Notes under the pieces: model-generated
What the model was told of the DNA's origin: nothing
Database searches by the model: none
The model's input: the letters and a program-made list of their open reading frames with translations, nothing else
Position numbers and translations under genes: made by a program
In this document: one piece after another, positions 59,371 to 64,000 of the stretch
Layout: the number at the start of each line of letters is the position of its first letter
Position numbering within the stretch: position 1 is the stretch's first letter
DNA from: an uncultured Candidatus Saccharibacteria bacterium
GTDB taxonomy: Bacteria; Patescibacteriota; Minisyncoccia; Phycocordibacterales; UBA2163
Length of the DNA: 64,000 bases
NCBI GenBank assembly: GCA_964626705.1
Contig: CAZVGL010000003.1
Coordinates: forward strand, 6,543-70,542
Direction of reading: 5' to 3'

Positions 59371-59494
59371 CGAACAGATCAATTCGTAAGAATTAATAGC
59401 GAGAGGGCTAAAGCTAAATAGCCCACTCGCTTGTTTTTTATCTAGAAAAATTTGACTAAAATAATACTTTGTAGTACTAATTAAACAATCATCG

Positions 59495-59551
59495 CTCCTC
59501 AAGGACTCGCCTCCGCTACACTTTGTTCCGCCGAGGAAAGTACTTTTCCCG
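59495..59551. repeat. Dispersed hairpin repeat, copy 3 (directly upstream of topA)
   Basis: ctcctc-aaggact-cg-cctc...gagg-aa-agtactt-ttcccg. Confidence 0.75.
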
Positions 59552-59568
59552 CGATGCACTAAAATAAA

Positions 59569-61809
59569 ATGACTAAACTTTTAATAGTAGAGTCGCCTGC
59601 AAAGGCGAAAACTATAACTAAATATTTAAACGACCTTCCAGACAGAACGGAAGATTTTGTTGTGACTTCTAGTGTCGGGCATGTACGTGACTTACCCAAG
59701 AACAATAAAAAAGCGATAGACATCGAAGCTGGTTTTGTCCCCAATTATGAAATAAGTCGTGGTAAGGAAAAAGTAATAGCTGAGATAAAAAGCAAAGCAA
59801 AAAAAGCAAGCGAAGTTCTACTCGCTACCGACCCCGACCGTGAAGGTGAAGCTATAGCTTGGCATTTAAAAGAAGTACTTGGCCTAAAAGACCCAAAAAG
59901 AATCGTTTTTAATGAGATAACAAAAGACGCCGTACAAGAAGCTATAGGGCATCCAAGGGAGATAGACGAGAACCTGCGTAAAGCGCAAGAAGCACGTCGT
60001 GTACTTGATCGCTTGGTGGGCTATGATCTTTCGGGACTTATCTGGAAAAAGGTTCGTTATGGACTCTCAGCTGGACGTGTACAATCCCCCTCTCTTAGAA
60101 TAATAATGGAGCGCGAGCGAGAGATCCGTGCTTTTATACCTGAAGACTTTTGGGTTATAACTGCTGATGTTAAAAATAAAAGCAATTCGCAATTCACACT
60201 TACTTGCGCAGAAGAACCCAGAGAAGAAAAAGAAATGCAGAGGATAATGGATGCAGGTAAAGTAGGCAAATGGAATGTAACTGATATAAAAGAAAGTGAA
60301 ATGAAACGCTCTCCTCGCGCGCCTTTTATAACATCAACCCTTCAACAAACAGCAAGCACAAGACTCGGTTTTGCACCATCCAAGACTATGGGTATCGCAC
60401 AGAAACTTTATGAAGCAGGTCATATTACTTACATGCGTACAGACAGTACTACAATGTCAAAGCAAGCGCATGCGCAAATAGTAAAAGTAGTTACTGACAA
60501 ATATGGCAAAGAGTATTACGAATCTAGAGTATTTAAAACAAAAAGTAAATCTGCTCAAGAAGCGCACGAAGCTGTACGTCCTTCTGATATAGCAAAAGAA
60601 TCTGCAGGTACTACAGAAGAACAGAAGAGACTTTATCGTCTTATATGGCAAAGAACTGTTGCTTCACAAATGACAGATGCCAAACTTTTGAAAATGAAAA
60701 TGATAGTAAATGCAGAAGGTAATGATGAGATACCTAACTTTACTACAAATGGCTCACGGACACTTTTTGACGGATGGTTTAAAGCAGACCCAGATGCACG
60801 AGGCGAAGACGTAGAGCTTCCAAAAGTAGACGTAGGTGAGACCTTAAAGCTTATAGAGATGCTGGAAGAAGCAAAACAAACACAACCGCCGTCACGATAC
60901 ACAGAAGCAGGGCTTATAAAAGAGCTTGAAAAAAGAGGCATAGGACGCCCTTCTACTTATGCATCTATTATGAGAACTCTCAACGACAGAGGATACGTAG
61001 AAAAACAAGGTAAAACTCTTTTCCCTACTGACACTGGTGACGTGGTTAGCTCTTTCTTAGAAGAGAATTTTGATAAATATATAAGTGATTCGTTTACAGC
61101 TGAGATGGAAGACGAGCTAGATGAAATAGCTGATGGAAAACGTGAATATGCAAAAACTCTTGCTGATTTTTATACACCGTTTACAAAAGACGTAGACTCT
61201 AAAAAAGATATAGAAAAAATAACAAACATGGGTGATGCACCAGAAGAATTTAAGTGCCCAGAGTGTAATGCTGCGATGGTTATCAAGCTTTCTAAGACTG
61301 GGAAATTTATGAGCTGTTCTAAGTTTCCAGACTGTAGTGGTGCACGAACCATAGAGGGCGAAGAGCTTGAAGGGCCAAAAGAAACTGGTGAAGATTGCCC
61401 TAAGTGCGGACTTACTTCTCCGGAAGAAAAAACTAAAACTGGCAAAATAAAAAAGAAAGAAGGTGGACGGCTTGTAGAAAGGGATGGGCGTTTCGGTAGG
61501 TTTATTTCTTGCAACAGATATCCTAAATGTAAATTTATAAAAACTTCACCAGAAGAGGAGGCTCGAATGAAGACAGGAATAAAATGTAATAAATGCTCTG
61601 ATGGTGAAATGTCAGAAAGACGTGGACGCTTTGGTATATTCTACAGCTGTTCTAACTACCCTACCTGCAAACATGCTATAAAAGCAAAGCCTACTGGCAA
61701 CTTCTGCGAAATGTGTAACTCCCTCATGATGGAAGGTACAAAAACTATCCCCGAGCGCTGTAGTGACAAGGTTTGCCCCAACCACAACCCACATAAGCTT
61801 AATAAATAA
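59569..61809 (+). CDS. topA: DNA topoisomerase I
   Basis: IVESPAKAK, ATDPDREGE, SAGRVQS, ITYMRTDS, C-terminal zinc ribbons. Confidence 0.98.
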   Translation: MTKLLIVESPAKAKTITKYLNDLPDRTEDFVVTSSVGHVRDLPKNNKKAIDIEAGFVPNYEISRGKEKVIAEIKSKAKKASEVLLATDPDREGEAIAWHLKEVLGLKDPKRIVFNEITKDAVQEAIGHPREIDENLRKAQEARRVLDRLVGYDLSGLIWKKVRYGLSAGRVQSPSLRIIMEREREIRAFIPEDFWVITADVKNKSNSQFTLTCAEEPREEKEMQRIMDAGKVGKWNVTDIKESEMKRSPRAPFITSTLQQTASTRLGFAPSKTMGIAQKLYEAGHITYMRTDSTTMSKQAHAQIVKVVTDKYGKEYYESRVFKTKSKSAQEAHEAVRPSDIAKESAGTTEEQKRLYRLIWQRTVASQMTDAKLLKMKMIVNAEGNDEIPNFTTNGSRTLFDGWFKADPDARGEDVELPKVDVGETLKLIEMLEEAKQTQPPSRYTEAGLIKELEKRGIGRPSTYASIMRTLNDRGYVEKQGKTLFPTDTGDVVSSFLEENFDKYISDSFTAEMEDELDEIADGKREYAKTLADFYTPFTKDVDSKKDIEKITNMGDAPEEFKCPECNAAMVIKLSKTGKFMSCSKFPDCSGARTIEGEELEGPKETGEDCPKCGLTSPEEKTKTGKIKKKEGGRLVERDGRFGRFISCNRYPKCKFIKTSPEEEARMKTGIKCNKCSDGEMSERRGRFGIFYSCSNYPTCKHAIKAKPTGNFCEMCNSLMMEGTKTIPERCSDKVCPNHNPHKLNK

Positions 61810-61818
61810 TACCCTAAG

Positions 61819-61957
61819 AAGTTTTTGTAAGGCGGAGCCATGTCGTGAATACTTGGAACGACGGCGAGCCCGGGCAGGAGCCACTTAGTGAATGAAGAGC
61901 GCAGCAATGAATGAGCTTAGTGAGCTGACGCCGAAGACGATTCCAGAGCGAAAACTT
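61819..61957. other. GC-rich putative structured element
   Basis: Nested complementary segments: aagtttt/aaaactt, tggaa/ttcca, ggcg/cgcc, cact/agtg. Confidence 0.4.
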
Positions 61958-61989
61958 GCCCCAAACACAATCCACACAAATTGGATAAG

Positions 61990-62023
61990 AAATAAAAACA
62001 CCTATTAATAGGTGTTTTTATTT
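61990..62023. terminator. 34-bp perfect palindrome/terminator
   Basis: aaataaaaacacctatt|aataggtgtttttattt. Confidence 0.7.
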
Positions 62024-62055
62024 GCAATACAAAATTAAAGGAATATGATTAAAAT

Positions 62056-63594
62056 ATGAATGTTAAAGATATTATAAATCTAATGACTTCCCCATCTGAG
62101 GAAGATATTATGCTAGTAAGAAAAGCATACTCTTTTGCAGACAAAGCTCACAAAGATCACAAAAGAAAATCTGGTGAACCATACATTATACACCTATATG
62201 AAACTGCGAAGATACTCGCAGGACTCGGTATGGGTGCCAAAACCATATCTGCAGGACTTTTACATGACTGCATTGAAGATGTTGGTGTCACAAGCGAACA
62301 AATAATAGAAGAATTTGGTGATGAAATAAATCGTCTTGTACTTGGTGTTACAGAACTTGGATTTCTTCGATATAGGGGGCAAAAAAAACATGCTGAATCT
62401 TTACGTAAACTTTTTGTAGTTACCTCTCAAGACCCTCGCATACTTATCATCAAGCTTGCTGACAAGCTACACAACATGCGTACGATAGAACACAATACAG
62501 AAGAAAGCCAACAGAGAAATGCACACGAGACACTTGAAATATATGCACAGATAGCAGACAGGCTCGGTATGGGGCAGATGAAAGGAGAGCTTGAAGATCT
62601 AGCATTTCCATACATACACCCTAAAAAATATAAAGAAGTACTCGCTCTACGAAAAGAACGAAACAAGGAAACACTAAAGAGGCTTTCAAAAATAGATAGG
62701 TCACTCAAAAAAGAACTTGCAAGAAATAATATTATAAAATTTAGAACTGACTACAGGATGAAGAGATTGTATAGCCTATACAAAAAACTTGAGAGAAAAG
62801 ATAGAGACATAGAGAAAATAAGAGATATTTCTGCACTTCGTATCACAGTACCTACTGTAGAAGACTGCTATAAAGTACTTGGAATAGCACACAGTCTATG
62901 GCGACCGCTTCCATGCAAGATTAAAGATTATATAGCCTTTCCACGCCCCAATGGATACCAAAGTTTACATACTACAATATTCACAGGTGACGGAGGGCTT
63001 ATAGAGATACAGATACGTACAGAAGAAATGCACAAAGAAGCAGAGTACGGCATAGCTTCACATATTGCATATAAAGGGTCTTTTGAAGAAAAGAAAAAAG
63101 TATCAAATCTAGTGTGGATGAGAGATTTGTTTTCTTCAAGAATCGCCAATACGATAAAGAAATTTCGAAATGGATCAGATAAAATAAAAGAAGATACGTC
63201 TGTATATCCAACAGACAAAATACCAAAATGGATCAAACAGATCGCGGAAGGACAGGAAAGTCTACCTGAATCAGAAGAATTCCTTGATGACCTAAAAACT
63301 GACTTCTTCAATTACAGACTTTTTGTATTTACTCCAAAAGGAGATGTTATAGACTTACCAGTAGACTCTAGTGTTATTGACTTTGCATATGCCATACATT
63401 CTGATGTCGGTAACCACCTGTCGGGCGGTAAAGTAAATGGAAAATTTGTGGCTATAGATACAAAACTAAATAATGGAGATATTGTAGATATAGAAACAAG
63501 AGAATCCAGCCACCCAACTGCAAAATGGCTTAATCATACAAAGACCTCTGTGGCACAGAGGAATATACGTAACATTGTTGCTGAGAAAAACTAA
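62056..63594 (+). CDS. RelA/SpoT family (p)ppGpp synthetase/hydrolase (HD-SYN-TGS, no ACT)
   Basis: RKSGEPYIIH, LHDCIED, NGYQSLHT, EIQIRT, VFTPKG...DFAYAIHS. Confidence 0.93.
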   Translation: MNVKDIINLMTSPSEEDIMLVRKAYSFADKAHKDHKRKSGEPYIIHLYETAKILAGLGMGAKTISAGLLHDCIEDVGVTSEQIIEEFGDEINRLVLGVTELGFLRYRGQKKHAESLRKLFVVTSQDPRILIIKLADKLHNMRTIEHNTEESQQRNAHETLEIYAQIADRLGMGQMKGELEDLAFPYIHPKKYKEVLALRKERNKETLKRLSKIDRSLKKELARNNIIKFRTDYRMKRLYSLYKKLERKDRDIEKIRDISALRITVPTVEDCYKVLGIAHSLWRPLPCKIKDYIAFPRPNGYQSLHTTIFTGDGGLIEIQIRTEEMHKEAEYGIASHIAYKGSFEEKKKVSNLVWMRDLFSSRIANTIKKFRNGSDKIKEDTSVYPTDKIPKWIKQIAEGQESLPESEEFLDDLKTDFFNYRLFVFTPKGDVIDLPVDSSVIDFAYAIHSDVGNHLSGGKVNGKFVAIDTKLNNGDIVDIETRESSHPTAKWLNHTKTSVAQRNIRNIVAEKN

Positions 63595-64000
63595 TTAAAG
63601 AGAGAAATTCTTTATAGAATATAAGTCTTCATCTTCTGCCTCTTCTTCTTTTTCATTTTCTGACCTATCGTCTAAGACTACCCCTTCTTCGACTGCTGGA
63701 TCAGCTGACTCTTCACCCACTTCTTTATTTGTATTTATAAACTTCTCTACTTCTTCTTGACCTTTTGCACCTTCTTCTTTGTTTAATACATCTAAGAGAC
63801 CTCGCAGATCGTCAGCAGAGAAGAAATCAATAGTTAGCTTACCTCCGACTTGTCTTTTTTCTATCTGTACTCTTGTACCCAGTGTTTCTGTAAGCTGGTT
63901 TTCAAGCTCTACTATTTCAGGATCAAATTTTAATGATTGCTTTCTTACTTTGTCTGACGCCACCCTTCTTGATATAGCTTCTGCCTCACGTACTGTAAGC
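63595..64000 (-). CDS. parB: ParB/Spo0J partition protein, C-terminal part (runs off the window)
   Basis: LTVREAE, LENQLTETLGTRVQI, GKLTIDF. Confidence 0.8.
   Translation of the reverse strand, partial: LTVREAEAISRRVASDKVRKQSLKFDPEIVELENQLTETLGTRVQIEKRQVGGKLTIDFFSADDLRGLLDVLNKEEGAKGQEEVEKFINTNKEVGEESADPAVEEGVVLDDRSENEKEEEAEDEDLYSIKNFSL

Noticed and set aside
415-63311. Many 60-220 aa ORFs antisense to or nested in recognised genes (e.g. 32220-32885, 37307-37846, 58088-58591)
   Set aside because: Ser/Phe/Ile-rich shadow frames of real genes on the other strand

Overview
AT-rich bacterial chromosomal window. Gene content (compact mraZ-rsmH-ftsL-ftsI-murF cluster, short AlaRS and ProRS, Rel without ACT domain, phosphoketolase-acetate kinase, dprA-topA) suggests a Patescibacteria/CPR (Parcubacteria-like) genome; this is an inference. 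Nearly all core genes from 0.3 to 57.6 kb are on the minus strand. Many have a TGnTATAAT-like -10 box only 6-7 nt before the ATG, so they look leaderless. The most striking region is an ~11.4 kb sensory/surface island (20.2-31.6 kb). It holds a NIT (nitrate/nitrite) sensor and a DctB-like Cache sensor that both lack a kinase domain and end in the same GRE(L/I)KMIELKK coiled-coil tail. It also holds two bacteriohemerythrins, a frameshifted hemerythrin-like gene, one Cache-HAMP-PAS histidine kinase, three receiver-only regulators and a dockerin/cohesin surface-protein pair. Other signals: plus-strand 'promoter-SD-orphan ORF-terminator' cassettes (two share the same regulatory shell with unrelated payloads), two dispersed hairpin-repeat families, several unannotated small proteins, and tRNA-Gln with a duplicated 5' fragment. 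I saw no CRISPR array, rRNA, transposase or integrase. All calls come from motif reading by eye; no searches were run.
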